Shown piece after piece: positions 1 through 8,918 of a stretch of DNA of 64,000 bases. Both the position numbers and the translations under genes were made by a program. The notes beneath the pieces are model-generated. The model was given only the letters and a program-made list of their open reading frames with translations. It had not been told where the DNA came from and did no database searches. How positions within the stretch are numbered: position 1 is the first letter of the stretch; each line of letters opens with the position of its first letter. The stretch is from Bacillota bacterium (GTDB lineage Bacteria > Bacillota > Sulfobacillia > JAJYWN01 > JAJZPE01): positions 26,572 through 90,571 of the forward strand of contig JAJYMC010000054.1 of assembly GCA_021787335.1 (NCBI GenBank), written 5' to 3'.

Positions 1-51
1 GGCGATGGCGGCAGCGGCACCGAAAATCGCAACCGCGAAAGCTGCAGTCAA
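1..51 (-). CDS. atpE: F0F1 ATP synthase subunit c (N-terminal fragment; gene runs off the 5' edge of the window)
   Basis: Minus-strand translation from a TTG at 51 gives MTAAFAVAIFGAAAAIA..., typical of the hydrophobic N-terminus of subunit c. GGGGGT lies 7 nt upstream. The gene sits directly downstream of atpB in operon order. Confidence 0.45.
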   Translation of the reverse strand, partial: MTAAFAVAIFGAAAAIA

Positions 52-178
52 ACTACTCGACCCCCTTTCCCACAATTGAAATGAGCTGAGTCCGATCCCC
101 CAAAAAACCCTTCCGGAGCGACCGCTTTCCCCAGACCGCCCGGCCCAAGCCGGGGAGGGAAAACTATGTACCGCAAGC

Positions 179-904
179 TTAGTGGTGAGCCTCCTCCACC
201 GCAGTGCTCAGATAGATGGCGGTGAGGAAGGTGAAGATGAAAGCTTGAATGGCCCCGAAGATGATTTCCAGAGCCATGGGAATGATGGGTAGGAAGTACG
301 GGATGGCCATCAGGAGGGCCAGGACGACCGTTTCGCCACCGAACATGTTGGCCACAAGACGCAGGGAGAGGGCGAAGGGCCTGACGACTTCCTCGATGAG
401 CCCCAGCGGAACCAGGAGGGGAGCAAGGTAGATGGGCTGAAACATGTGGGCGAAATACTTGAAGCCCCGTTCCTTGATGCCGTAGAAAAGGACGAGGACA
501 AAGACGATGCCCGCTAGTCCGGCGGTGACGCCCCAGTTGCTGGTCGGCTGGCGCAGACCGCGGACGTGCCCGGCCCCGGGGAGTAGGCCGCTGTAGTTGG
601 AGAAGAGGATGAACAGAAAGAAGCTGGCCAGAATGGGCAGGAACTGCCTGGCCCGCTTCTTGCCGATGAGCGTCCCCAGGAACGACAGCAGCCCGTCGAC
701 AATGAACTCGACCAAAGCCTGCGAACGGCGGCGAGGGACAATTTGCATTCTTCGCGTCCCGATGATGGCGATGGCGAAGAGGAACAGCATGACCCCCCAC
801 ATGGTGGTGACCGCGCTGGTCACCGGGAGGTTGACGCCGGGAATGACAAAAAGGATGTCGGAGTGCTCAGCCGCGCCTTCGGCGGCCAAAAAGAGCGGGT
901 TCAT
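179..904 (-). CDS. atpB: F0F1 ATP synthase subunit a
   Basis: 241 aa, polytopic. The conserved subunit-a region reads ...RPFALSLRLVANMFGGETVVLALL..., including the essential Arg. Confidence 0.9.
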   Translation of the reverse strand: MNPLFLAAEGAAEHSDILFVIPGVNLPVTSAVTTMWGVMLFLFAIAIIGTRRMQIVPRRRSQALVEFIVDGLLSFLGTLIGKKRARQFLPILASFFLFILFSNYSGLLPGAGHVRGLRQPTSNWGVTAGLAGIVFVLVLFYGIKERGFKYFAHMFQPIYLAPLLVPLGLIEEVVRPFALSLRLVANMFGGETVVLALLMAIPYFLPIIPMALEIIFGAIQAFIFTFLTAIYLSTAVEEAHH

Positions 905-1239
905 CTACGCCGAGCCCTCCCTTCATAGTACAACTGCATGACGGTGACGGTCGGAAAGATCAGCAGGCCAAACAGGGTCCCGAGGATCGCCCATTGGTCT
1001 CGCAGAAAGATGAAGGCCACGAAAAGCGCACCCAGGTTGGCGAACGTCCGGAGAAGCATCCGGCGGGCCAGGCCCGGAACGCCGGCCTGCCGCCCGCTCT
1101 CCCTTGAACCTGTCGGACCGGCGGGGCCGGAGGCCTCCGGGGGCCTCTCGGACGGTCTGGGAAGGCCCGTCCGAAGGAGCCAGTAGTTAAACGCTCCGGC
1201 CGCCAAGCCGATGACGATCCCGATGATAGCGGCTTTCAT
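901..1239 (-). CDS. atpI: ATP synthase protein I (AtpI)
   Basis: 112 aa small membrane protein immediately upstream of atpB, overlapping it by 4 nt. Two TM helices. Confidence 0.6.
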   Translation of the reverse strand: MKAAIIGIVIGLAAGAFNYWLLRTGLPRPSERPPEASGPAGPTGSRESGRQAGVPGLARRMLLRTFANLGALFVAFIFLRDQWAILGTLFGLLIFPTVTVMQLYYEGRARRR

Positions 1240-1592
1240 GAATCCTCTCCATCCGGCTTGTCCCGCTTGCTGACCGGCTTGTCCCGCTTACTGACCGGCT
1301 TGTCCCGCTTACTGAAAAGGTCCGGGACAAGTTCTCTGAGGACCGTCCGAAAACCGGCCGTCACGCCGAGCGCAAGGCCGATCAGAGTCAGCCAAGGGTA
1401 GGTGCCGAGGCGCCGATCGAGCCACTGTCCGCCGTACAGCCCGATGACGAACCCCACCGCCAGAGTACCGGCCGCCGAAAAAGCGGTCGAGAAGTATTCC
1501 CCGACCGTCCGCCGCCGGCCTTGATCGTCATCCGTTCGTTTGATGCCGTTCACCCCGCCAGCCTGTCCCGGTGGTGCTGACACTCGCTGCAC
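1236..1592 (-). CDS. AtpZ/AtpI-family putative F0F1-ATPase accessory membrane protein with C-terminal (KRDKPVS)x3 repeat tail
   Basis: 118 aa with two TM helices (VGFVIGLYGGQWLDRRLGTYPWLTLIGLALGV). Overlaps atpI by 4 nt. C-terminus is encoded by a 21-bp x3 tandem repeat. Confidence 0.5.
   Translation of the reverse strand: MQRVSAPPGQAGGVNGIKRTDDDQGRRRTVGEYFSTAFSAAGTLAVGFVIGLYGGQWLDRRLGTYPWLTLIGLALGVTAGFRTVLRELVPDLFSKRDKPVSKRDKPVSKRDKPDGEDS
1253..1315. repeat. 21-bp x3 perfect or near-perfect tandem repeat (encodes KRDKPVS x3 in the AtpZ-like protein)
   Basis: ccggcttgtcccgctt(g/a)ctga repeated three times head to tail. Confidence 0.8.
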
Positions 1593-1691
1593 TGAGGCCC
1601 AGTCTAGGCAAACCGAGGTGGCCTTGTTAAGACAATCACAACCAGGACAAGTTTATTCCATCAAACTGTTTGGAATCCTGCTCAGACTAGG

Positions 1692-2939
1692 CTAATTTTT
1701 TGCCGTACCGGGCCATTTGATGCTCCGTCCCGGGCCATTTGACAAGGCCGGCGCTCGGTCGGCGATGAGGAAGGGGATAAGGCCGAGAAACATCGTCCCC
1801 GAACCGACGGCCAGGAGCGTCCGAACGGACACCACGGACAAGAGGGAGGTAGCGATGAACGGCGCCACCGCCCCGCGCAGACCCATCAGCGTCAGGTGGA
1901 TTCCGTAGTAGGTCGAGGTCTTGGCCCCCGCCAGTCGCATCACCTCGGCCAGCCAACCAACGTCAAGCCCGGCGTCGGCCAGGCCGATCAGGGCTGAGGC
2001 CAGGAGCAGCGGACCAAGGCCATGGGCCAGGGTGTAAGCCAGCGGAGCCAGCGCGTACCCGAGGACGGCGGCGATGAGGACGATGGACGGGCGAGCCCGG
2101 TCGGCCACAAGCCCCCAGACCCGATAACCCACCAGCCATGCCACCGCCCAGGCCAGTGAAAGCAGGGCCACCTGGGCGTAGCTGAGGTGTAACACACGCA
2201 CCTGAAATACCGCGTACAAGGGGAGAACGAACAGGTTGGCCGCCCCGAAGACCATGAAACCGGCGAGGTACGTGACGAAGAGGCGGTCGGTCCTGAGCAC
2301 GGCCATGAAGCGGGCCGGCCTTTCCTCGGCGGGCTGTTCTGAACCCGGGGCCGCGGCCGGTTCGGTCACCCCCGAGAAGATGAGGATCGAGGTCACACCG
2401 AAAGCCACCCCGATGGGAAAGAGGACGCCATGCCCGAACACGTCGAGGGCCTTTCCGGCGAAGTAACTCACGGCGGCGAAGCTGAAGCCCATGAACACGC
2501 GGATGGCCGCCAACAGGCGGCCCCTGTATGCGGCCGGGTAGATCTTCTCCATGAGCCCGCCGTAAGCGGGTGCAGGCACGGCCACAACAAAATTATAAAG
2601 CAAGATGATTGTCGCGTAAACCCAAGGCGCGTGGGTAAATGCCACCAGAAGTAGGGTCAGGCGGCCAATCAGGTTGGGCCAGACCACGAAAGGCAGTTTG
2701 GCCCGCCCGTGGCTGACCTGCCCCCAATAGAAACTGACAAGGGCCCCGAGATACGGGGCCGCTGCGATGAGGCCGATGGCGGTGTTCGACGCGCCCAGGT
2801 GGATGGCCACGACCTGCACGAACGGATTGATGATGGCCGAAAAGACCCCGATGAACAGGGCCGAAGAAGCGTCGAGGTCGAAGTTACGCCGCGTCTGCCG
2901 GTCGAGCAGCGATGGGGAGAACCCGAGCAGGCGCTCCAC
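1692..2939 (-). CDS. MFS transporter
   Basis: 415 aa with about 12 predicted TM segments in an MFS-like arrangement. Confidence 0.75.
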   Translation of the reverse strand: MERLLGFSPSLLDRQTRRNFDLDASSALFIGVFSAIINPFVQVVAIHLGASNTAIGLIAAAPYLGALVSFYWGQVSHGRAKLPFVVWPNLIGRLTLLLVAFTHAPWVYATIILLYNFVVAVPAPAYGGLMEKIYPAAYRGRLLAAIRVFMGFSFAAVSYFAGKALDVFGHGVLFPIGVAFGVTSILIFSGVTEPAAAPGSEQPAEERPARFMAVLRTDRLFVTYLAGFMVFGAANLFVLPLYAVFQVRVLHLSYAQVALLSLAWAVAWLVGYRVWGLVADRARPSIVLIAAVLGYALAPLAYTLAHGLGPLLLASALIGLADAGLDVGWLAEVMRLAGAKTSTYYGIHLTLMGLRGAVAPFIATSLLSVVSVRTLLAVGSGTMFLGLIPFLIADRAPALSNGPGRSIKWPGTAKN

Positions 2940-2942
2940 CAG

Positions 2943-4205
2943 CTAGTCCTTGACCCGGACGATCTTCGCCCCGAGGCCGCGGAACTTGTCGGCCAGCCGC
3001 TCGTAGCCGCGGTCGACGTGCTCGACCCCGCTGATCTCGGTCTGCCCTTCAGCCATCAGGCCGGCGATGACCAGCGCCGCCCCGGCGCGCAGGTCGGTCG
3101 CCCGGACGGGTGCACCCATCAGGCGCGGGACGCCCTCGACGATGGCCGTGCGCCCCTCGACCCGGATGCTGGTGCCCATCCGCTTCAGCTCGTCGACGTG
3201 CTTGAACCGGCCCTCCCAGATGCTCTCCGTGACGTAGCTCGTCCCTTCGGCGGTCGAAAGGAGAACGGTCATGGGCTGCTGGGCGTCGGTAGGGAAACCC
3301 GGGTACGGCAGCGTCTTGACGTTGACCGCCCGCGGCCGCTGACGGGCCATGGTGACACGGACCGAATCCCCGTTCTGGGTCACCTCGGCCCCCGCCTCGA
3401 CAAGCTTGGCGGTGATCGGGTCAAGGTGCTTGGGGATGACGTTTTCGATGAGCACATCTCCGCCGGTGGCGGCGGCGGCGATCATGAAGGTGGCCGCCTC
3501 GATCTCGTCAGGGATGACCGCGTGGACGCATCCGGTCAGGGACTTGACCCCGCGGATGCGAATGACGTCCGTGCCCGCGCCCTGGATCTTCGCCCCGCAG
3601 GAGTTCAGATAGTCCGCGATATCGACGATGTGTGGCTCTTTGGCCACGTTCTCGATGGTCGTCGTGCCCTCAGCCAGGGTCGCCGCGAGCATGATGTTGA
3701 TGGTCGCCCCGACGCTGACGACGTCGAGGTAGATCTGGGCACCGGTGAGACCGTGGGGCGCCCATACCTTGACCACGCCGTGCTCGATGGCCGCCTCGGC
3801 CCCCAGGGCCCGGAAGCCCTTGAGGTGCTGGTCGATGGGCCGGAGCCCGATGTCGCAGCCGCCGGGCAGAGCCACCTCGGCCCGTCCGTACTTGGCCAGG
3901 AGGACGCCGAGAAGATAGTAGGACGCCCGCAGGCGCTGCACGAGCTCCTGCGGGGGGGCGACGCCGGGACCCAGGCCCGACGGGTCGATGCTCATCGACT
4001 CCCGGTCCTGGCGGACACCGATGCCCATGTGGCGCAGGATTTCGGCGAAGACCGCGACGTCGGCGATGGCTGGAAGGTTCTCGATGTGGCTCGGTCCCTC
4101 GGCCAGCAGGGTCGCCGGGATGAGGGCCACCACCGAGTTCTTCCGGCCCGCCACGCGGACCTGACCGCGCAGCCGCCGGCCGCCGGTGATGATGACTCTG
4201 GCCAA
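2943..4205 (-). CDS. murA: UDP-N-acetylglucosamine 1-carboxyvinyltransferase MurA
   Basis: Full-length MurA homology (ARVIITGGRRLRGQVRVAGRKNSVVALIPATLLAEG...). The track ORF extends to 4382. The true start is probably TTG at 4205, preceded by GGGAGGA 6 nt upstream, giving a 421-aa product. Confidence 0.9.
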   Translation of the reverse strand: MARVIITGGRRLRGQVRVAGRKNSVVALIPATLLAEGPSHIENLPAIADVAVFAEILRHMGIGVRQDRESMSIDPSGLGPGVAPPQELVQRLRASYYLLGVLLAKYGRAEVALPGGCDIGLRPIDQHLKGFRALGAEAAIEHGVVKVWAPHGLTGAQIYLDVVSVGATINIMLAATLAEGTTTIENVAKEPHIVDIADYLNSCGAKIQGAGTDVIRIRGVKSLTGCVHAVIPDEIEAATFMIAAAATGGDVLIENVIPKHLDPITAKLVEAGAEVTQNGDSVRVTMARQRPRAVNVKTLPYPGFPTDAQQPMTVLLSTAEGTSYVTESIWEGRFKHVDELKRMGTSIRVEGRTAIVEGVPRLMGAPVRATDLRAGAALVIAGLMAEGQTEISGVEHVDRGYERLADKFRGLGAKIVRVKD

Positions 4206-4336
4206 GTCTTGTCCTCCCGCCTGCTCGCCGCTCCTGGTGGGCTGACACCGGAACGGCTCCATGGAAACTGGAGCCGTCCACGAAGCGGCTGCTGCGGTCT
4301 TATTCGTCGCTAGGTTAGCTTTTCCTTCAGCGCCAA

Positions 4337-5236
4337 TCACTGATTCCACCTGTTCGGATGGTCGTAGACCCAGGTCAGCCAAGCTTTTTGAAGGTCGTCT
4401 CCGGCCAGACCGACGTGCTGCTTCATGGCGCGGTCGAAACTGGTCCCGGAGGCCAGGTCATCGATGAGAGCGTTGAGACGGTCCGGCCCGAACCGCTCGG
4501 AGACGAAGCTCACGAGGGAGAAGGCTTCCCGGTAGGCCAGCGCCTGGTTGGCCAGGCGGTCGAAGCGGTCGGTCAGGTCGGCCAGAGTGTACAGGTTCTG
4601 GTTGAAGGTGGACTCCGGCTCGATCCATACGAAGCCGGTCAGACGGTGCTCCTCATACTGGGCCAGACCCTCGGTGAACCACCGCGGGTAGTTGCCGGCG
4701 GTCTTGTAATCGAGGACGTAATGGGTGAGTTCGTGGGCGATGGGCCCGTTCTTCCGGAACGACCGCTCCATCCTGACCGGGTCGTCGGTGCCCGTCCAGA
4801 CCCGCGGCGAGAGGACCCGGATGACCCCGGTGTAATAGACACCCATGGCATCCTGGGTCGAGGCCCAGCCGAAGCTGTTGCTCAGTTCCTCACGATCGGG
4901 GTAGAGGATGAGGGTCACCTTACCGTGGGGCGTGTAGCCCAGGTCCCGCGTGACCGGGCCGTAGAAGGACTCGGCCGTGCGGAGGACCATCGGGGCCACG
5001 GCGGCGTCGGGGGCCTCGTACTCGAGCATGTAGTGCTGGCTCTCGAGTTTCATGAAGCCGCGCGTGCGAGCCAGGGCCACGGCCTTGCCGCGGTCACGGA
5101 GCTGGTCATAGGTGAACGCTCGGATGGCCTCGGTATGGGTCGCGACGGCATAGGCCACCACGGCCACGACCAGACCGATGGCCAGGACCAGGGCCACCTG
5201 GCGCAGATGAACGAAGAGGACGGCTTTACCGGTCAA
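4337..5236 (-). CDS. membrane-anchored putative zinc metallopeptidase (HExxH...E, peptidase MA-like)
   Basis: 299 aa with an N-terminal TM helix. HELTHY and downstream EGLAQYEEH form a zincin-like motif. TTG start with AAAGGAGGTG RBS, and a TATAAT -10 at 5302-5307. Confidence 0.5.
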   Translation of the reverse strand: MTGKAVLFVHLRQVALVLAIGLVVAVVAYAVATHTEAIRAFTYDQLRDRGKAVALARTRGFMKLESQHYMLEYEAPDAAVAPMVLRTAESFYGPVTRDLGYTPHGKVTLILYPDREELSNSFGWASTQDAMGVYYTGVIRVLSPRVWTGTDDPVRMERSFRKNGPIAHELTHYVLDYKTAGNYPRWFTEGLAQYEEHRLTGFVWIEPESTFNQNLYTLADLTDRFDRLANQALAYREAFSLVSFVSERFGPDRLNALIDDLASGTSFDRAMKQHVGLAGDDLQKAWLTWVYDHPNRWNQ

Positions 5237-5449
5237 ACTGACCCACCTCCTTTGAGAAAGCGGGCGACGAGCGACGTTTGTTACGGTCGACTACCTCTCC
5301 GATTATAACTGATGACCGCGCCTCGAAGCTGTGGTAATTGTTACTTTAGCGGCTATTCCGTCGCCGCCGCCCGGGTTGCTTGCGCTTGATGAGCGGCTGC
5401 AATATTCTTCATGTATGACCAGTTGACGACAGGACAAGGGCTAATCCGC

Positions 5450-5492
5450 AAAGACATTGACAAGCGGCCGTCCGGTTTGACCGGGCGGCCGC
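5450..5492 (-). terminator. intrinsic terminator downstream of the GH lipoprotein gene
   Basis: 12-bp stem gcggccgtccgg/ccgggcggccgc with loop tttga, T-rich on both sides. Confidence 0.5.
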
Positions 5493-5519
5493 CTCGTTTG
5501 TTCCGCTGACCCAGCCACT

Positions 5520-6659
5520 CTACTTGACGTCGCCGCTCAGGACCGTGAAGTCGACGTCACGCGTGTAGCGGTTGTTGGGGTCCCACAGCATGAACTGGTG
5601 GACGCCGACCTGGGCCAGTGCCCGCAGCTGGGCTTCGACCTCGTTCTTGCCGTAGTGGTGACGCAGGCTGAAGTCCTGGATCCAGGGCCGGACGTGGTCG
5701 GCCGACAGGTCGGGCGTCTTGGCCTCGCCCTTCTCGATGGAGGCCAGGACCGTCTCGTACGGGGCCGCGTCAGGGTCCTTCAGTCCGTAGTTCCCCGCGG
5801 AGTAGTGCGACGGGTAGACCATCGGTGAGATATAGTCCACGGCCCGGGCGATCTCCGCGTAGTCCTGCCCGATCATCATATCGTCCCCGACCGTCGTCGT
5901 CAGGCCGAAGACGTCGGCGGAGACGTAGACGTTGTACGGCTCCAGTTCCTTGACGGCGTAGCCGAGGAAGCCGGTGATGGCGTCGACGCGTTTCTCACGT
6001 GACAGGCCGAGGACCGAGGAGGCCAGTTTGCGTTCGGGGAAACGGACGTAGTCGAACTGGATCTCCTTGAACCCGGCCTTGGCCGCCGCCTTAGCGATGT
6101 CCACGTTGTACTTCCAGACGTCCTGATTGAGTGGATCACCCCAGCCGAGACCGCGCGTGTCATGCCACTTGCCGTTGAGGATGGCGAGGTCGGGCCGCTT
6201 CTTGGCGAGCAGCGGGTCGCAGAAGACGACGATCCGGGCGATGGTGTAGATGCCGTTGTCGGCCAGTTCCTGCATGAGGCCGGCCGGGTCGGCGATCTTG
6301 TCAGAGTTGGCTCCAATCTCGGCGGCCAGCGGGATGTCGGTGCGGAAGGAGATGCGGCCGTCGTCGTCCTTGGCGTCGATGACCATGGCGTTGAGCCCCG
6401 ACCTCTTGGCGAAAGCCAGAAGGTCCTCCATCCTCTGCCGTGACCCGGCGGTGTACCCGGTAAGATAGAGGCCACGGACATGCACGGGCGTCTTCGCCGG
6501 CGGCGGAGGTGGTGACGGCGGAGGAGGTGGCGGCGTGATGACCACTTGCCCGGGACCCCGTGGCCAAGGCCACGAGACCTTGAAGCCACTGCCGTTATAT
6601 GCCGTACACCCGCTGACCACGATGCTGAGAAGAAGTGCGGCGACTAGAACCCGTTTCAT
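5520..6659 (-). CDS. lipoprotein, putative TIM-barrel glycoside hydrolase (DUF4015/GH-like family)
   Basis: 379 aa. Lipoprotein signal (LSIVVSGC) followed by a poly-Pro linker (PPPPPPSPPPPP) and a GH-like domain. Confidence 0.55.
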   Translation of the reverse strand: MKRVLVAALLLSIVVSGCTAYNGSGFKVSWPWPRGPGQVVITPPPPPPSPPPPPAKTPVHVRGLYLTGYTAGSRQRMEDLLAFAKRSGLNAMVIDAKDDDGRISFRTDIPLAAEIGANSDKIADPAGLMQELADNGIYTIARIVVFCDPLLAKKRPDLAILNGKWHDTRGLGWGDPLNQDVWKYNVDIAKAAAKAGFKEIQFDYVRFPERKLASSVLGLSREKRVDAITGFLGYAVKELEPYNVYVSADVFGLTTTVGDDMMIGQDYAEIARAVDYISPMVYPSHYSAGNYGLKDPDAAPYETVLASIEKGEAKTPDLSADHVRPWIQDFSLRHHYGKNEVEAQLRALAQVGVHQFMLWDPNNRYTRDVDFTVLSGDVK

Positions 6660-6788
6660 TTCCGTGGACCCTCGATGTAACTGGTCCGAGGAAGCTCAGC
6701 CCCGGACCGCCAGTGTTGTTCGCTATGCTATTCGCCCAGCTATATGCATCTCCTTCTGATTTCGGACCGTCTTTCGACAAAATGTGGG

Positions 6789-6813
6789 AACAAGAAAAGC
6801 GCCTCACGGCGCT
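6789..6813 (-). terminator. intrinsic terminator downstream of GerMN-CapA gene
   Basis: AGCGCC/GGCGCT stem followed by TTTTCTTGTT on the minus strand. Confidence 0.5.
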
Positions 6814-6872
6814 GGTTTGCGGGATCGGACTCGGATTGTGGTGATCGGACCTCTCGCGGACCGCGCGGCACC

Positions 6873-8849
6873 TCACCGCCGGGCTCGGACCGGCGCGTAG
6901 AAATAGCCCTGGGATGGCGTGGCGTCGCCGATGGCCGCGCCCAGCGGCTTCGAGAGGTCGTCCAGCCGTTTCAACTGCGCCGCGGCGGCGGCTTCGCCGG
7001 CCGGACGCGGCTGAGCGTCGACGATGGTAACCGGGACGACGAGGGGGTCGGTGAGGCCGCCGGGCGTCAGCGTGACCATGAAGATGAGGGTCTCGACCTG
7101 CTTCGGTTGGCGCTGGTCGTAGACGTAGTTGCCGAGACTGTAGAGGATGGGGCGCCCGCGATAGAGTTCGATGCCCTGCAGCACGTGGGGGTGCGTGCCG
7201 GCGACGAGGTCGGCACCGGCATCGATGAAGCCGTGGGCCATCGTCCGTTGTGTCGGCAGTGGGAAGTCACTGCCCTCGACGCCCCAGTGAAGATAGACGA
7301 CCACGGCGTCGCTGACCTTCTTGGCCTCTCTCACATCGGCCTCGACCATCGCCTGCCGCAGCGGCGGGGTGCCCGACTGCGTGGCCGTGGCCTCGAAGCT
7401 TCGCGGGTAGTCCAGGCTGAAGTAGAGCGGAGCGAACTCGTTGTACCCGAGGAGGGCCACGCGAAGGCCCTTGGCCTCGATGAAGGCCGGACGGCGGGCG
7501 CGGCCGAGGTCCTCGCCGGCCCCGAAATGGACCACGCCGTTCTGCTGAAGCACATCGAAGGTCTGCAAGAGGGACTCGGTATCGTAGTCGAGGATGTGGT
7601 TGTTGGCCAGGTTGACGGCGTCGATGCCGGCCCCGGTGAGGGCGGGCCCACTCGACGGACGCCCGCGAAGCCAGATCTCCTTGTTCGGCAGCGGGGCACC
7701 TCGGTCGGACAGCGCCGCCTCGAGGTTGGCCACGGTGATGTCCCCGGACTCCAAGATGGCGGCCGTCGGCTGCAGTGGCCAAGCCACGCCGTGTTCGTGA
7801 ATGAGGGTGTCGACTCGCCGTGCCAAGCTGATGTCGCCGACCACGAGGAGGCTTGCCGCCCGCGCCGTTCCCTGGACCGCGGCCTTTTCCTCCGCGGAGG
7901 CCTTCGCCCCATCCCGCGGGTTGGGCCGGCGGGGGAAGCTCAGGGATGCCGGTGAGCCGGGCCAGATCTGATTCAGCGACCGGCTGCCCCGCGCTTCGAA
8001 GGTCACTGTCTGGACCGCGCCGCCCCCGGCCACGTTGAAGGCGAGGACGTCGAGGACAAGCGCCCGGTTGGCCGCGCCGGTGACGCGAGCCAGGTACTCC
8101 GGGGACAAGGTGACCGTCGCCACGGCCCCGTGCCAGGCGGTAAGCTCCGCCTCTCCAGGCTTCGGCAGCAGTTCGAGGACGCTGGTCTGCGCGGCACCCA
8201 TCCCATCCGCCGCCTCGCGCTGGGTCGCCAGGGCCGCGATGATGGCCTGGCCGCGCCGTAGCGGCGTGTCGCCGCCGACGTCCTCCACCCTCTTCCGGGC
8301 GAGGTATACTCGGCTTCCGCTGCGCACGGGGAGGTAGAGGCGTTGCCCGCCCAGGTCCGCCGGGGCGGCCCCCCACGGCCGACCGTCCCTGGTGATGACG
8401 TAGCGGTTAAGGCCCGGCACGGCATCGCGAAGGGTCTCCCCGAGCTGAGCCACCGCCGGCGCGGTCAGATCTCGCCCTTCCAGATCGATCACACCGAAGT
8501 CGTCGCGAAAAGCGACCTTTTTCAAGCTCCATGAGCGGTCCAGGGACGAGGTCAGCCCGGTCTCCGGGGCTGACCCCAGGAGAGCGGCGATGGCCGCATA
8601 GGCCCGCGCCCGCACTGGGGCGCCCGTCAGGCCGATCGGCACCAGCAGATCCGCGGGTACCGTTCCGCCGAATGCCCCGAGCGGGTGGTGATAGACGGTC
8701 ACATCCCCGGCGGCCGCCTCGGCCGATGGGCGATAGTCCAGCGTCGCCAGTCGGGCCGACCGCCACCAGAAGAAGGCCCCGGTGAGGAGCAGGGCCAGGG
8801 CCAGAGCCCCGGCGGTCATGGTCCGTGTCCGGACATCACTCCGACCCAC
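6873..8849 (-). CDS. GerMN-domain / CapA (PgsA)-family metallophosphoesterase fusion protein
   Basis: 658 aa with an N-terminal TM helix. C-terminal half matches CapA (poly-gamma-glutamate synthesis type): ...ANNHILDYD...VVYLHWGVEG...GTHPHVLQGIE... Confidence 0.7.
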   Translation of the reverse strand: MGRSDVRTRTMTAGALALALLLTGAFFWWRSARLATLDYRPSAEAAAGDVTVYHHPLGAFGGTVPADLLVPIGLTGAPVRARAYAAIAALLGSAPETGLTSSLDRSWSLKKVAFRDDFGVIDLEGRDLTAPAVAQLGETLRDAVPGLNRYVITRDGRPWGAAPADLGGQRLYLPVRSGSRVYLARKRVEDVGGDTPLRRGQAIIAALATQREAADGMGAAQTSVLELLPKPGEAELTAWHGAVATVTLSPEYLARVTGAANRALVLDVLAFNVAGGGAVQTVTFEARGSRSLNQIWPGSPASLSFPRRPNPRDGAKASAEEKAAVQGTARAASLLVVGDISLARRVDTLIHEHGVAWPLQPTAAILESGDITVANLEAALSDRGAPLPNKEIWLRGRPSSGPALTGAGIDAVNLANNHILDYDTESLLQTFDVLQQNGVVHFGAGEDLGRARRPAFIEAKGLRVALLGYNEFAPLYFSLDYPRSFEATATQSGTPPLRQAMVEADVREAKKVSDAVVVYLHWGVEGSDFPLPTQRTMAHGFIDAGADLVAGTHPHVLQGIELYRGRPILYSLGNYVYDQRQPKQVETLIFMVTLTPGGLTDPLVVPVTIVDAQPRPAGEAAAAAQLKRLDDLSKPLGAAIGDATPSQGYFYAPVRARR

Positions 8850-8918
8850 GCCGGCACCCCCCGATGCAAAAAGGCCGGAGCAGTCGCCCCGGCCTTGCTT
8901 TTCGTCCTTGGCCTGAAC

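Noticed and set aside
48-800. 250-aa minus-strand ORF overlapping atpB in another frame
   Set aside because: atpB in the overlapping frame has unambiguous homology. This ORF is low-complexity Pro/Arg/His-rich.
2709-4313. 534-aa plus-strand ORF
   Set aside because: Antisense to murA. Composition is dominated by Asp/Gly/Arg/Ala, typical of reverse-strand reading in a high-GC genome, with no RBS and no family resemblance.
6744-8376. 403-aa (+) and 369-aa (-) ORFs overlapping the GerMN-CapA gene
   Set aside because: Alternative-frame and antisense artefacts of high GC. The CapA frame carries the conserved motifs.
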